A stretch of 64,000 nucleotides of DNA, from contig JAVHQC010000022.1 of the NCBI GenBank assembly GCA_036170915.1, forward strand, positions 319,420 to 383,419, read 5' to 3'. The DNA is from Cyanobacteria bacterium auto_48_18 (GTDB lineage: Bacteria; Cyanobacteriota; Vampirovibrionia; Obscuribacterales; Obscuribacteraceae). Position 1 is the first letter of the stretch. The number at the start of each line of letters is the position of its first letter. Shown one piece after another: positions 7,200 to 16,631 of the stretch. Both the position numbers and the translations under genes were made by a program. Under the pieces are notes generated by a model. The model was not told the DNA's origin. It was given only the letters and a program-made list of their open reading frames with translations, and searched no databases.

Positions 7200-8192
7200 A
7201 TGGATGGCGGCGGCGGCGGTGACGGTGGTTTCGACCACGGGCACGATCACGGCAGCGATCACAGTCATGACCACGGGCAGCAGCCTAGCCAGGGGCCAAT
7301 GTGGTCTCAGGCCATGCAGGGGCTCAAGATCACTGACTTCATCAATAACATCAAAATAACGCCCAATCATCTCTTGCTCTTTATGTTTCTCGCTTTCACC
7401 GGCTGGCTGGGCGTAATCTACTGGATTCGCCACCATGAGCCTCTGGCTAATCATGTGCTGGGCTCAGGATCTGCCTACACGGCCAACGCGTACGCTGATC
7501 GACTGCTTATCAATGGTGCTCGCGAAGCCATACCGGTCAAGACCACTGCCACCAGCGGGATGGTATACACGCCTGGTACTGCCAATGCTATGAGCCCGCA
7601 TCCTGTTTATGGTGGGCCACCCGAAGCGCTTGCTCCTGATACCACACCAGCCGGTTTTAGAGTGCGCTTTTCACCATATCGCCAGGGTCTAGCGGTTCAA
7701 TCAGGCGCGATGGTAGCCCCGCCGTCAGCCATGAGTGCGCCGGCCGCCGCAGCCGGAACACCTTTCGCCGCGTCCATGAGCCACAGTGTTCGCACTTTCG
7801 GTTCACCCAACCATGCGCCTGCTGGAGCCATGCCTGGTCAAATTCAGGGTCAGATGCCTGGGCCTGCTCAGATGCCTGGTGCTCTGCCTGGCCATATGCC
7901 CGCGCAAATGCCTGGCCAAATGCCTGGCCAAATGCCTGCACAAGTGGCACCACCGCCGCCTGCGGGTTGGACACTAGCCACTGGTGGATTTTCTGCTGCA
8001 CATTACGACGCTCAATTTGGCACACCGGCCGGCACAAGCAACACTGCTGCTTACGTTCCCGCTACCCTTCCTTCAGCCGCACCACAGTTGCCTGCTAACA
8101 TGCAACATCTGGCTGCACCTGGAAGTGGCGGAGTCTACATGATGCCAGCGAATGAACAAATCAGACGACCTAAGGTTTATACCAACCGTTAG
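7200..8192 (+). CDS. Single-pass membrane protein with His/Asp-rich N-terminus and Pro/Gln/Met-rich low-complexity C-terminus
   Basis: GGAG RBS before ATG 7200; DHGHDHGSDHSHDH; TM segment LLLFMFLAFTGWLGVIYWI; QMPG repeats. Confidence 0.75.
   Translation: MDGGGGGDGGFDHGHDHGSDHSHDHGQQPSQGPMWSQAMQGLKITDFINNIKITPNHLLLFMFLAFTGWLGVIYWIRHHEPLANHVLGSGSAYTANAYADRLLINGAREAIPVKTTATSGMVYTPGTANAMSPHPVYGGPPEALAPDTTPAGFRVRFSPYRQGLAVQSGAMVAPPSAMSAPAAAAGTPFAASMSHSVRTFGSPNHAPAGAMPGQIQGQMPGPAQMPGALPGHMPAQMPGQMPGQMPAQVAPPPPAGWTLATGGFSAAHYDAQFGTPAGTSNTAAYVPATLPSAAPQLPANMQHLAAPGSGGVYMMPANEQIRRPKVYTNR
7830..7943 (+). repeat. Intragenic ~12-bp tandem repeat encoding (QMPG)n
   Basis: Iterations of CAAATGCCTGGC / CAGATGCCTGG. 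Confidence 0.8.
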
Positions 8193-8203
8193 ATCGCACT
8201 AAG

Positions 8204-9385
8204 TTATTTGAAAGCCGCTTTGAAGGCGGAACTCTTGGAGACGATTTCGGCGAACAGCGGAATGAATTTTTTGCCGCCTTTAATACTGAGGTGCACGCAA
8301 TCATCAAAGTCTGAGCGCTCAAAGTGTACAAGCTTATCTATATTGAAATCGACCAGAGGGGCATCGTATTTGGTGGCAAGTTCTGCAATCGTGTTTTGAT
8401 AATCCGCTCGTTGTTCCGGTTTGAGCAGTGCTAGATTGTCGGCAGTCACAGGCATTTCCACAATCATGATTTTGATCTTGGCAGCTTTGGCCATTTCCAG
8501 CATTTCTTCAAACGCCTGCACCTGCACTTTGAACTGCCTGCGATTAGGTGGGTCATAACGCTGCTTGTAGTCTCTGAGAGTAATAGCAAATGGATCATCA
8601 GCGGCTTTTGCCGTTGCTGGAATTGCTGTAGTTGCTTTTGTCGCCTTAGCCGGCGGTAGTTGTAGCGCCGCATTGGCTGCCGGTTTTATAGGCTTTGAAT
8701 CTCCGTCTTTTTTTCGCTCAGGTAAGTAAGCGCTAAGCTTACTTTTGAAATCATTGCCGAATTGGCGTCGAACTATATCTATAAATGTACGGTGCGATTT
8801 GTAGCAAGTTTTCAGCCCTTGCGTGCTCAAATTGCCAGGCACCAGTGTTCTGCGCGATCGCAGAGGGAATATTTGTTGCACCCATGTATTATCGATGCCA
8901 TCGCCAACTTGATTGTCGATAAAGTCGCGCGGTGCCACCGTGAACACAATAAGTCTTGGCACGTTGTTGCTTCTAAGCATTTCGCGCAAAATGCAAAGCT
9001 GGTCAGAAACCATAGCTGCAGGACAGGCGAGAATTTCTACGCCCAGATTTTCGCCGGTGCGTTTCTGAATTTCACTACTGTAGCGAGTGGCGCGGCTGGT
9101 TATAGATTTTTCCCAGCTGGTGTCATTGGCGTCGTTGACTTCGTAAGCTACACCTTCTGGTGGAGCAATAATCAGTGAAGATCCCAAAATCACAATTGGT
9201 TTTCTTTCTGGACCATAAACATATTCAGGAATTCTAGCCACCAGACGCACTACCCAGGCCGGCATTTCAAGTACTGCCAGTTCACGCCATGGATAAAACA
9301 TACAAACGGCGGCGTAGCTGATTGTGATCATCAGCAAAAGTAATATGGTGACGCTTTTGAATATATTGGGTAGGGCTAACTTCAT
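8204..9385 (-). CDS. Membrane-anchored SGNH-hydrolase-like (DltD/DUF1574-like) protein
   Basis: N-terminal TM helix, ILGSSL block I and C-terminal FDDCVHL (DxxH). Confidence 0.7.
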   Translation of the reverse strand: MKLALPNIFKSVTILLLLMITISYAAVCMFYPWRELAVLEMPAWVVRLVARIPEYVYGPERKPIVILGSSLIIAPPEGVAYEVNDANDTSWEKSITSRATRYSSEIQKRTGENLGVEILACPAAMVSDQLCILREMLRSNNVPRLIVFTVAPRDFIDNQVGDGIDNTWVQQIFPLRSRRTLVPGNLSTQGLKTCYKSHRTFIDIVRRQFGNDFKSKLSAYLPERKKDGDSKPIKPAANAALQLPPAKATKATTAIPATAKAADDPFAITLRDYKQRYDPPNRRQFKVQVQAFEEMLEMAKAAKIKIMIVEMPVTADNLALLKPEQRADYQNTIAELATKYDAPLVDFNIDKLVHFERSDFDDCVHLSIKGGKKFIPLFAEIVSKSSAFKAAFK

Positions 9386-9461
9386 TTGCTTATATAAGTA
9401 GATTGAGGGTCGGCGTTAATGCCTGTTGCTAATTGCTTATTGATTGTTGATAGATAGTAAT

Positions 9462-10415
9462 TTAGCCGGTTAAGTTGAAGCCGACGGCTTGTAGTGCGCG
9501 AATTTGCTTTATTTCATCTGCCGTTAAGGCACTATCAGCGGCAGCTAGATTCTCTTCCACCATTTCAGGATCTTTCATACCGACAATCACAGTTGAGATG
9601 GCCTGGTCAAGCAATGGATATTTTAGAGCAGCCTGAGTCAGGCTCTGACTACCATTTCTATCTAGAAATGCCAATTTGCGGGCGGCGTCTGAGCGGGCTT
9701 GAATGTACTCAAGCGGCCAGTTTTTGCGGAAGTCGCCCGCCGCAAATTTTGGCGCAGTGTCATATTTGCCCGTGAGAAAGCCGTTGGCTAGCGGTTCGCG
9801 AGCGATGATAGCGCATCCAACTTCAAATGCTCTTGGCAAAAGCTGCTCTTCGGCACGACAGCTAAAAATGTTGTAAGTAATTTGTATGCAGTCGGGTTGG
9901 CCAACATTGATCGCGGTTATGCCTTCCACCGGAGTAAAGACAGAAACGCCAAAGGCTCGAATCTTGCCCTCTTTCTTCAAATCACGCAAAGTTGAGTAGG
10001 TTTCTTCTTTCGAGATCAGCTTCATGGGCGGGTTGTGGAGCTGATAGACATCTATATAGTCTGTGTTCAACCTAGTCAATGATTTTTCTAAGGCGAACTT
10101 GATGTAGTCAGGGGTGAAAGTCTGGAAACCCGTGCCCTGATAGAAGTCTGCCCCAACTTTAGTTGCCAGCACAACGCGGTCTCGCTTGCCCCGCAAGGCT
10201 TTACCGAGCAGCTCTTCACTGTGTCCTTTTCCGTACACATCAGCGGTATCGAAAAAATTTAGACCAAGTTCTATGGCTTTGTTAACTGCGTCAATGGAGC
10301 ACTTATCGGTGGTCGGACCGTAACTATTTCCGTGGCTGTTACCACCTATAGGCCAGCAGCCAAAGCCAATCTCCGATACTTTTATGCCTGTGTTTCCGAA
10401 GTCTCTATACTTCAT
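9462..10415 (-). CDS. Aldo/keto reductase
   Basis: IGFGCW.IGG, FFDTADVYG.GHSE, LATK, SL.RL.TDYIDVYQLH and GKIR..GVS motifs. Confidence 0.95.
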   Translation of the reverse strand: MKYRDFGNTGIKVSEIGFGCWPIGGNSHGNSYGPTTDKCSIDAVNKAIELGLNFFDTADVYGKGHSEELLGKALRGKRDRVVLATKVGADFYQGTGFQTFTPDYIKFALEKSLTRLNTDYIDVYQLHNPPMKLISKEETYSTLRDLKKEGKIRAFGVSVFTPVEGITAINVGQPDCIQITYNIFSCRAEEQLLPRAFEVGCAIIAREPLANGFLTGKYDTAPKFAAGDFRKNWPLEYIQARSDAARKLAFLDRNGSQSLTQAALKYPLLDQAISTVIVGMKDPEMVEENLAAADSALTADEIKQIRALQAVGFNLTG

Positions 10416-10531
10416 GTGGTCTAATGCCTACGTGGCCGGGTGTTTCAGCTGCTTCATTATTCATGAACACTGAGGCACATTGCAACTTGCATGTACTACA
10501 ATAACCACTTGACACAGGTTATGCTGGAGAC

Positions 10532-11536
10532 TTGGATTCGCTCATGGATCTATACGATATTACAATTATTGGTGGTGGGCCGACAGGATTGTTTGGCTCA
10601 TTCTATGCCGGTCTTAGAGGCCTTAAGGTAAAGGTCATCGATGTTCTTCCCGAACTCGGTGGGCAGCTGACAGCCCTTTATCCTGAAAAGTACGTCTATG
10701 ACGTGGCTGGACACCCGAAGATCTTAGCCAAAGATCTGGCAAAGAACCTGGCAACCCAGGCCATGCTATTCAAACCAACTATTTCACTTGGTGAAAAAGT
10801 ATTGAATTTGCAGAAAGATGCTGATGGACACTGGCAAATTTTCACAGATTTTACCGAGAGCCACTTGAGCAAAACGGTGTTACTGGCTCTAGGAGCTGGT
10901 GCATGCGTTCCTAAAAAGCTTGATCTCGATTATCCGAAAGAGCTGGAAGGCGAGTGCATCTTCTACGCGGTGAAGAACAAAGAGAAATTCCGCGGCAAGA
11001 ATATTCTGATTATTGGCGGCGGCGACTCTGCTGTTGACTGGGCCAACGAATTTTCTGTATTGGCCACTAAAGTTACTTTGATACACAGGCGCGACCAGTT
11101 CAGAGCTGTGCAAACCTCTGTAGAAGAGATGAAGCGCAACAAAGTAGACATCAAGACCTTCTATGAGTTGAAAGAGATTCAGTATGCCGAAGGCAAAATC
11201 AGTGGAGTGGTTATTTTTGATAACCGCACTGGCAAAGAAGAAGTTTTGCCTGTTGACGCCATTGTCATCAACATCGGTTTTGTCATCAATCTCGACTTCT
11301 TGAAGAGCTGGGGTTTGACGATGGATGTAAATGCCATTCTCGTCAACGAAATGATGGAAACCAGTCTGCCCGGAGTTTATGCAGCAGGCGATATTTGCGC
11401 CCACGCCGCTAAACTGAAGCTGATCGCTACTGGTGCTGCTGAAGCGGCTACGGCTGTCAATTTTGCAGTTACTTTCATTAATCCATCGGCCAAGGCCTTC
11501 CCTGGTCACAGTTCGAATTTAAACCTGAGCTTATAA
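10532..11536 (+). CDS. Ferredoxin-NADP+ reductase, thioredoxin-reductase-like type (YumC-like)
   Basis: GGGPTG, GGQLTALYPEK..YDV.G, GGGDSAVDW, HRR..FRA, KLKLIATG and PGHSS motifs; no CxxC. Confidence 0.92.
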   Translation: MDSLMDLYDITIIGGGPTGLFGSFYAGLRGLKVKVIDVLPELGGQLTALYPEKYVYDVAGHPKILAKDLAKNLATQAMLFKPTISLGEKVLNLQKDADGHWQIFTDFTESHLSKTVLLALGAGACVPKKLDLDYPKELEGECIFYAVKNKEKFRGKNILIIGGGDSAVDWANEFSVLATKVTLIHRRDQFRAVQTSVEEMKRNKVDIKTFYELKEIQYAEGKISGVVIFDNRTGKEEVLPVDAIVINIGFVINLDFLKSWGLTMDVNAILVNEMMETSLPGVYAAGDICAHAAKLKLIATGAAEAATAVNFAVTFINPSAKAFPGHSSNLNLSL

Positions 11537-11585
11537 GAGCTTCAGTTGGTTGAAGGGTTTAGGTAGAGCTTCTATCTATCTAGAA

Positions 11586-11621
11586 AGAAAGACCGTGGCG
11601 CAAGCTGCGGTTCTTTTTTTT
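11586..11621 (+). terminator. Intrinsic terminator
   Basis: AGAAAGACCGTGGC-GCAA-GCTGCGGTTCT followed by a T run, downstream of the FNR gene. Confidence 0.75.
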
Positions 11622-11684
11622 GCGGCTGGGTCTGGCGCCAAGAGTTTGCTTGGGGGATCTGTTTTTCGCCGCCTAAGGAATTTT

Positions 11685-11724
11685 ACAACCGTTGGGTTGT
11701 AGGAAAATACAACTTATAGGTTGT
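11685..11724. promoter_or_regulatory. Tandem 16-bp palindromes ACAAC-N6-GTTGT (candidate operator pair)
   Basis: ACAACCGTTGGGTTGT (11685-11700) and ACAACTTATAGGTTGT (11709-11724), starts 24 bp apart. Confidence 0.55.
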
Positions 11725-11829
11725 TTGCCTGTGAGCTGTTTTGCATGAACTGCAATCCAATTGGTGGCCTAGCATTTTTGAGTGGAACCAAATCTGGTGC
11801 GTAGCGTGTGGCCGTGAATAGCAGCTGAT

Positions 11830-12351
11830 TTAGGGCCATGTTCCTAATTGTGCGCTTGGTTCTACCGAACTATTTTCGTTCACATGGTCTAAAAAAATAT
11901 CCAAGCATTTGCCATCTTCTTGTTGTGCTGACGGCGCTACTAGCCCTTCGACACCCCTGTTGTACAGAGGTTCTCCAATGCCACTGGCTGTCCAATGATT
12001 TCCCTTAACTGTTATATCGGCCCTTGAAACTTCAATTGCCTGAAGAACAGATTCGGAATCTAGCCGCACTACGGATTGCAAACTCACCTGATATTCCCAA
12101 ACGACAAATGCGCCTTTTTTCATTTCTAAGCCCGCGATGATACCCTGAGAAACTTCAGCTTCGCAGGTAGCACAATCAAAGGCTAAGTAAAGCGCGCCGA
12201 AGAGACCCGCCACGTTATAGCGGCGTCCCTCATTAAACGCTCCATGCATTGAAAGTGGCATGGTTGCGTACTTCTTTCTGATGTAGCGATAAAATTGTCC
12301 GTTGACAGGCTCCGTCTGCACTTGATGAAGAGCGGCTTGATTGGCGATCAT
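11830..12351 (-). CDS. RES domain toxin (MbcT/ParT-like, NAD+-targeting)
   Basis: FYR, G.RYN, ALYLA...TCEAE and GL.APS: the conserved R-E-S residues. Start overlaps the antitoxin stop. Confidence 0.88.
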   Translation of the reverse strand: MIANQAALHQVQTEPVNGQFYRYIRKKYATMPLSMHGAFNEGRRYNVAGLFGALYLAFDCATCEAEVSQGIIAGLEMKKGAFVVWEYQVSLQSVVRLDSESVLQAIEVSRADITVKGNHWTASGIGEPLYNRGVEGLVAPSAQQEDGKCLDIFLDHVNENSSVEPSAQLGTWP

Positions 12352-12710
12352 CGACCGACGTTACTCAGAAGATGGGCCATAAGAAAAATGCCGCCCGGCT
12401 TTTTCGCGAAATCACGGGGACGCTCACCTTGTAGAGCTGGATTTTCTCTGTCGATCCAAACTCTGATTATGTCTGGCTCAAATAGTTCGCCCAGCGATTC
12501 GGCTATATTTCGCAGCGCATCCACCGCTAGCCTGTGACTTCCCTGCGGAGCTATAGCGCCTTCTTCCCACCGCCGGATTGTTTTCTCGTTTACATCTAAA
12601 ACGAGGGCAAATTCGACCTTGGTAAAGCCGAATAGTTGACGGAGCGTGAATACTTGCTCACCGAACGGCGCTGAAGCAAGGTTCGCCAAATTCAACGATG
12701 CGTGAGACAT
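12348..12710 (-). CDS. Xre-HTH / MbcA-ParS C-terminal antitoxin
   Basis: HTH LRQLFGFTKVEFALVLDVNEKTIRRWE; C-terminal W...NPALQGERP; GGAGG RBS before ATG 12710. Confidence 0.88.
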   Translation of the reverse strand: MSHASLNLANLASAPFGEQVFTLRQLFGFTKVEFALVLDVNEKTIRRWEEGAIAPQGSHRLAVDALRNIAESLGELFEPDIIRVWIDRENPALQGERPRDFAKKPGGIFLMAHLLSNVGR

Positions 12711-12748
12711 GTGTTCCTCCTGTGTATGCTTTAATGTACCCGAGAATC

Positions 12749-12780
12749 GGACATTTGTCCATTTAGGCGGGCATATGTCC
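12749..12780. promoter_or_regulatory. Probable autoregulatory operator pair of the RES-Xre module
   Basis: GGACATTTGTCC (12749-12760) and GGGCATATGTCC (12769-12780), 20 bp apart and 40-70 bp upstream of the antitoxin start. Confidence 0.6.
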
Positions 12781-12811
12781 GTTCCTTTGCGTGCATTGAT
12801 GATGCCTTCAC

Positions 12812-12840
12812 TGGACAATACCATACAAATGTAATATACT
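12812..12840 (+). promoter_or_regulatory. Sigma70-like promoter for nrdJ-dcd
   Basis: TGGACA-N17-TATACT. Confidence 0.55.
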
Positions 12841-12956
12841 AATTCAACTATCGACAATTTGCCGTTTTTCTCTCGCAGGCCAGCCCTGCGTTTAATCTCT
12901 ATTGGCAATTTTTTCTGCTGACTTGCTACCATGAATCAGTACGGGAGATCATTCAT

Positions 12957-15011
12957 ATGTTTACCGACAACGCTTTAAAAGTGCTTGAGAAGCGCTATTT
13001 CTTACGTGACGACCAAGGTCATATCGTAGAAGATGTTGACGCACTTTTCACTCGCGTGGCCGCCTGTGTGGCATCTAGTGAGAAAAAGTCCATAGCTAAA
13101 CCTCACGGTCTCAACCCTGAAGCGATTGACGAGCTAGCAGATCGTTTTAAACAAGCGATGCTAAACCGTGAGTTTTTGCCCAATTCGCCAACTTTGATGA
13201 ACGCCGGAAAACCAGGCGGGCAGCTGTCAGCGTGTTTCGTTTTGCCTGTTCCTGATTCACTTGAGGGCATCTTCGAAACTTGTAAGAATGCCGCCATGAT
13301 TCATAAAACTGGTGGTGGTACAGGTTTTTCCTTTTCTCGTTTAAGACCACTAAACGATCGAGTGGCATCATCTGTAGGAGTGGCTTCTGGTCCAGTTAGT
13401 TTTATGATGGTTTATGACGCAGCCACAGAAGCCATTCGTCAGGGTGGTACCAGGCGTGGTGCCAATATGGGTATGCTGCGTGTTGACCATCCTGATATCG
13501 AACAATTTATTACTTGTAAGAAAGACACAAGTAAACTGAATAATTTCAATATTTCAGTGGCAATCACCGACAAATTTATGCAAGCCGTAAAAGCCGATGA
13601 AATGTTCGATCTTATTCATCCAAGTAGCGCTGCGACTTCATCTCCACAAGTTGTAAGACAAGTAAATGCTCGCGCACTTTTTCAGCAAATGGTTGAGAAT
13701 GCACATGCTACCGGCGAGCCTGGTATGGTTTTTATTGATCGCATCAATCAGGCCGATCCAATTAAACTTACCCTTGGCGATAACGGCTTACCAGTTGCAG
13801 GTACAGAAGATATCGAAGCCACCAATCCTTGTGGAGAACAGCCTCTGGGGCCGGGAGACGCTTGCAATCTTGGTAGCGTAAATTTAGCTCAATTTGTCAA
13901 TGTTAAAGATCACACTTTTGATTGGTCGCGGCTGGCCGAAATTATTGCTTTGGGCGTGCGTTTTCTTGACGATGTCATTGACGCCAATGTTTATCCTTTT
14001 GCATTCATTGCTAATGCCACTTTAAACAACCGCCGTATAGGCCTCGGTTTAATGGGTTTTGCCGATGCGCTGATTAGACTTGGAATTGCCTACGATAGTG
14101 AAGAAGCGGTAAAGCTAGCTGAAGAAGTGATGAGCTTTTTCCAGGAGAAAGCCCATGACGTTTCTCGCCAGTTAGCTGAAAAACGCGGCAATTTTCCCAA
14201 CTATGCTTTTTCTGATTTTGCTGAAAGTAAGATTCCGAGGCGTAATGCCACAGTTACAACCATTGCCCCTACCGGAACAATTTCAATAATCGCAGGCACC
14301 AGCTCTGGTATCGAACCGCTTTTTGCCATCTCATTTGTGCGTCGCGTTCTTGGTGGCACAGAGCTAATCGAAGTTAATCCTCTGTTTGAGCAAATCGCTC
14401 GCGAGCGTGGTTTCTACAGCGAAGAACTGATGCGCAAAATTGCGCAGGAGGGCACAGTTACCCATATCGATGAAGTGCCCGACGATGTAAAACGCGTTTT
14501 TGTTTGCGCTCATGATATTGATTATCTTTATCATGTTCGCATGCAGGCTGCATTCCAGCGCTTTACCGATAATGCAGTATCGAAGACCATTAATTTCCCT
14601 CACGACGCTACTACCGCCCAAGTAGAATCTGCCTACATGGCCGCCTGGGATCTTGGTCTGAAAGGCATTACGGTTTATCGTGATGCTTCTCGCCGGTCGC
14701 AAGTTCTAAATATCGGTAAAACAGATCCATTACGTCCTTCAAACGCCGACACTCTTCAAGCTCGCGAGTTTGATGATAGCCTAAAAAAGCGACGCTTTGC
14801 TGGCCGCGCGGGGACTGTGACTAGTCCTCAGATTAAAGGCACCTCAGCTCTAGCTTTCTCACCCAATCAAGCGATATCCATCGATAGCAAAAGAGCTGCA
14901 GTGATAGATATATCTATTGAGGCTTGCCCCGAATGTGGTGACATCGCTAAAAGTTTCCTCAAGTATGAAGCCTGCAGTCTCTGTGTTTCTTGCGGTTATA
15001 CTAAGTGCTGA
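12957..15011 (+). CDS. nrdJ: Adenosylcobalamin-dependent (class II) ribonucleotide reductase
   Basis: PNSPTLMNAG, QLSACFV, GGTRRGANM, ATNPCGEQ, ACNLGS, TIAPTGT and C-terminal CPECG...C..CGYTKC. No beta-subunit gene nearby. Confidence 0.93.
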   Translation: MFTDNALKVLEKRYFLRDDQGHIVEDVDALFTRVAACVASSEKKSIAKPHGLNPEAIDELADRFKQAMLNREFLPNSPTLMNAGKPGGQLSACFVLPVPDSLEGIFETCKNAAMIHKTGGGTGFSFSRLRPLNDRVASSVGVASGPVSFMMVYDAATEAIRQGGTRRGANMGMLRVDHPDIEQFITCKKDTSKLNNFNISVAITDKFMQAVKADEMFDLIHPSSAATSSPQVVRQVNARALFQQMVENAHATGEPGMVFIDRINQADPIKLTLGDNGLPVAGTEDIEATNPCGEQPLGPGDACNLGSVNLAQFVNVKDHTFDWSRLAEIIALGVRFLDDVIDANVYPFAFIANATLNNRRIGLGLMGFADALIRLGIAYDSEEAVKLAEEVMSFFQEKAHDVSRQLAEKRGNFPNYAFSDFAESKIPRRNATVTTIAPTGTISIIAGTSSGIEPLFAISFVRRVLGGTELIEVNPLFEQIARERGFYSEELMRKIAQEGTVTHIDEVPDDVKRVFVCAHDIDYLYHVRMQAAFQRFTDNAVSKTINFPHDATTAQVESAYMAAWDLGLKGITVYRDASRRSQVLNIGKTDPLRPSNADTLQAREFDDSLKKRRFAGRAGTVTSPQIKGTSALAFSPNQAISIDSKRAAVIDISIEACPECGDIAKSFLKYEACSLCVSCGYTKC

Positions 15012-15048
15012 TAATGCGTGAATAAGTCATCACATTAGAGGAAAGGCT

Positions 15049-15624
15049 ATGTCGATTTTAGTTGATCGTGAGATCCGTGAAGAAATTTCCAGCGGCAAAC
15101 TGATCATCGAACCTTATGAAGATCGTCTGATTCAGCCTAATTCTTATGATGTGCGCTTGAGTGATCATTTTTCCTGGCACGAAATCGGCACCGACATCAT
15201 TGACCCTTACGCTTCGCAAACAATTTTGCAAGGTGTAACTGAGGTGCAGCAAGACAGCATTGTGTTGCAGCCAGATCAGTTTATTCTTGGTGCCACTCTT
15301 GAAGCTGTCTGTCTACCTGATTATATTGTCGGGCAACTAACAGGAAAATCCAGCTTGGCCAGACTGGGTGTAATGGTTCACGTCACGGCTGGTTTTATTG
15401 ACGCCGGCTTCAGCCATCCTCCAGCACAGATTACTTTAGAGATTCTCAACGTCGGCAATCGACCAGTGCGCTTGCATGCAGGCATGAGCATCGGCCAGAT
15501 GGTGTTTACTCGCACCGCTGTGTGCGATTTGCCGTATCACAAAAAGCCCGGTGCTAAGTACAACGGGCAGACAGCCGCTGCTCACAGCATGTATTACCTG
15601 AACCCAGCTACAGTAATTAAGTAA
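15049..15624 (+). CDS. dcd: dCTP deaminase
   Basis: IQPNSYDVRL, GKSSLARLG.MVHVTAGFIDAGF, ITLE..N and KY.GQ motifs. Confidence 0.95.
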   Translation: MSILVDREIREEISSGKLIIEPYEDRLIQPNSYDVRLSDHFSWHEIGTDIIDPYASQTILQGVTEVQQDSIVLQPDQFILGATLEAVCLPDYIVGQLTGKSSLARLGVMVHVTAGFIDAGFSHPPAQITLEILNVGNRPVRLHAGMSIGQMVFTRTAVCDLPYHKKPGAKYNGQTAAAHSMYYLNPATVIK

Positions 15625-15641
15625 AACCAGCGTTGGTCGAT

Positions 15642-16388
15642 TTATTCGACTTTCTTACGTTGCTCCACCAGCTTTTGCATCAGCGAACTTGGCGTTGCCG
15701 CTGGTCGAGTGGGGCTCAGTGGGTTTAACTGATTTTGTGATACGCTTGCGTTAGGTGCTTCGACGCCTTCGGCTTTTCCTGTTATAACCGGCACCAGCGC
15801 GATGTCTTGAAGAGTAATGTCTTCTACAGGAGCTTTGCTTACCGACTCTTGTGGCTCGGCAACATAGGCTTTGAAGACGCCTGATTGTTTCCAGCTGCCG
15901 GTTTGGGCTCCTTTGATGCAGGCAATCAGATGCTTTGCTTCACGCTCACGGTGAGTTTCGGTGAGCAGTCGAGCGTAATTGGCCATTACATTGAGAGTCT
16001 GTGGGTGTGTGCTGCCCAGCAATTTTGTTTGCATGCTGAGCGCTTTTTGATATTCGGTTTCAGCCATGAAATGCTTTTTCTGATTGTGGTAAAGCAGAGC
16101 GAGATTGTTCGTAAATACGGCAATGTCTGGATGATCAGGGCCGTATTTGCGCTCATAAATCATTATTATGCGTTTGACCACCGGTTCGGCTTGCACAGGC
16201 CGGTCCATCTTAAAGAGTATTTCTGCCAGGCATTCCAGCGTCATTACCAGCCGTCCGTCATCGGGTTTGAAATCTTCGGCGATATCAAGGGCGGCATAAA
16301 GGAGCGGTTCTGCATGGTCGTACTTGCCCAGCTGCATGGCTTTGCGCACTGATTCCCAGTAACTGGCCCAACGATCGTCTAAATTCAT
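15642..16388 (-). CDS. Tetratricopeptide repeat protein (TPR_12 / kinesin-light-chain type)
   Basis: YGPDHPDIAVFTNNLALLY and LGSTHPQTL..M.NYA.LL repeats, followed by a disordered tail. Confidence 0.88.
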   Translation of the reverse strand: MNLDDRWASYWESVRKAMQLGKYDHAEPLLYAALDIAEDFKPDDGRLVMTLECLAEILFKMDRPVQAEPVVKRIIMIYERKYGPDHPDIAVFTNNLALLYHNQKKHFMAETEYQKALSMQTKLLGSTHPQTLNVMANYARLLTETHREREAKHLIACIKGAQTGSWKQSGVFKAYVAEPQESVSKAPVEDITLQDIALVPVITGKAEGVEAPNASVSQNQLNPLSPTRPAATPSSLMQKLVEQRKKVE

Positions 16389-16631
16389 GTTTTTCTTCCG
16401 CTAAATTTGGTTTAGACTCCTATCTTAAGAATACATCTTGGCAACCCCTGTGACTACTGCTGAAACGCCACAGGTGCAGGTCTTGCGTCTTTTTCAAGCG
16501 GGTTAATAGCTGCAGATGAGCCTCGGGAGTGGGAATCCTACGAATTTACTGATGTCTAACTCTTATTTAATATGGATAGATGTGTGGCATATAGAAGTTA
16601 CTGCCCGCCTTTTTCTTTCTGGAGAGTCCCT

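Noticed and set aside
12711..12932. N-terminal 74 aa of the 194-aa antitoxin ORF in the track
   Set aside because: A GGAGG RBS precedes ATG 12710, and the extension overlaps the operators and the nrdJ promoter.
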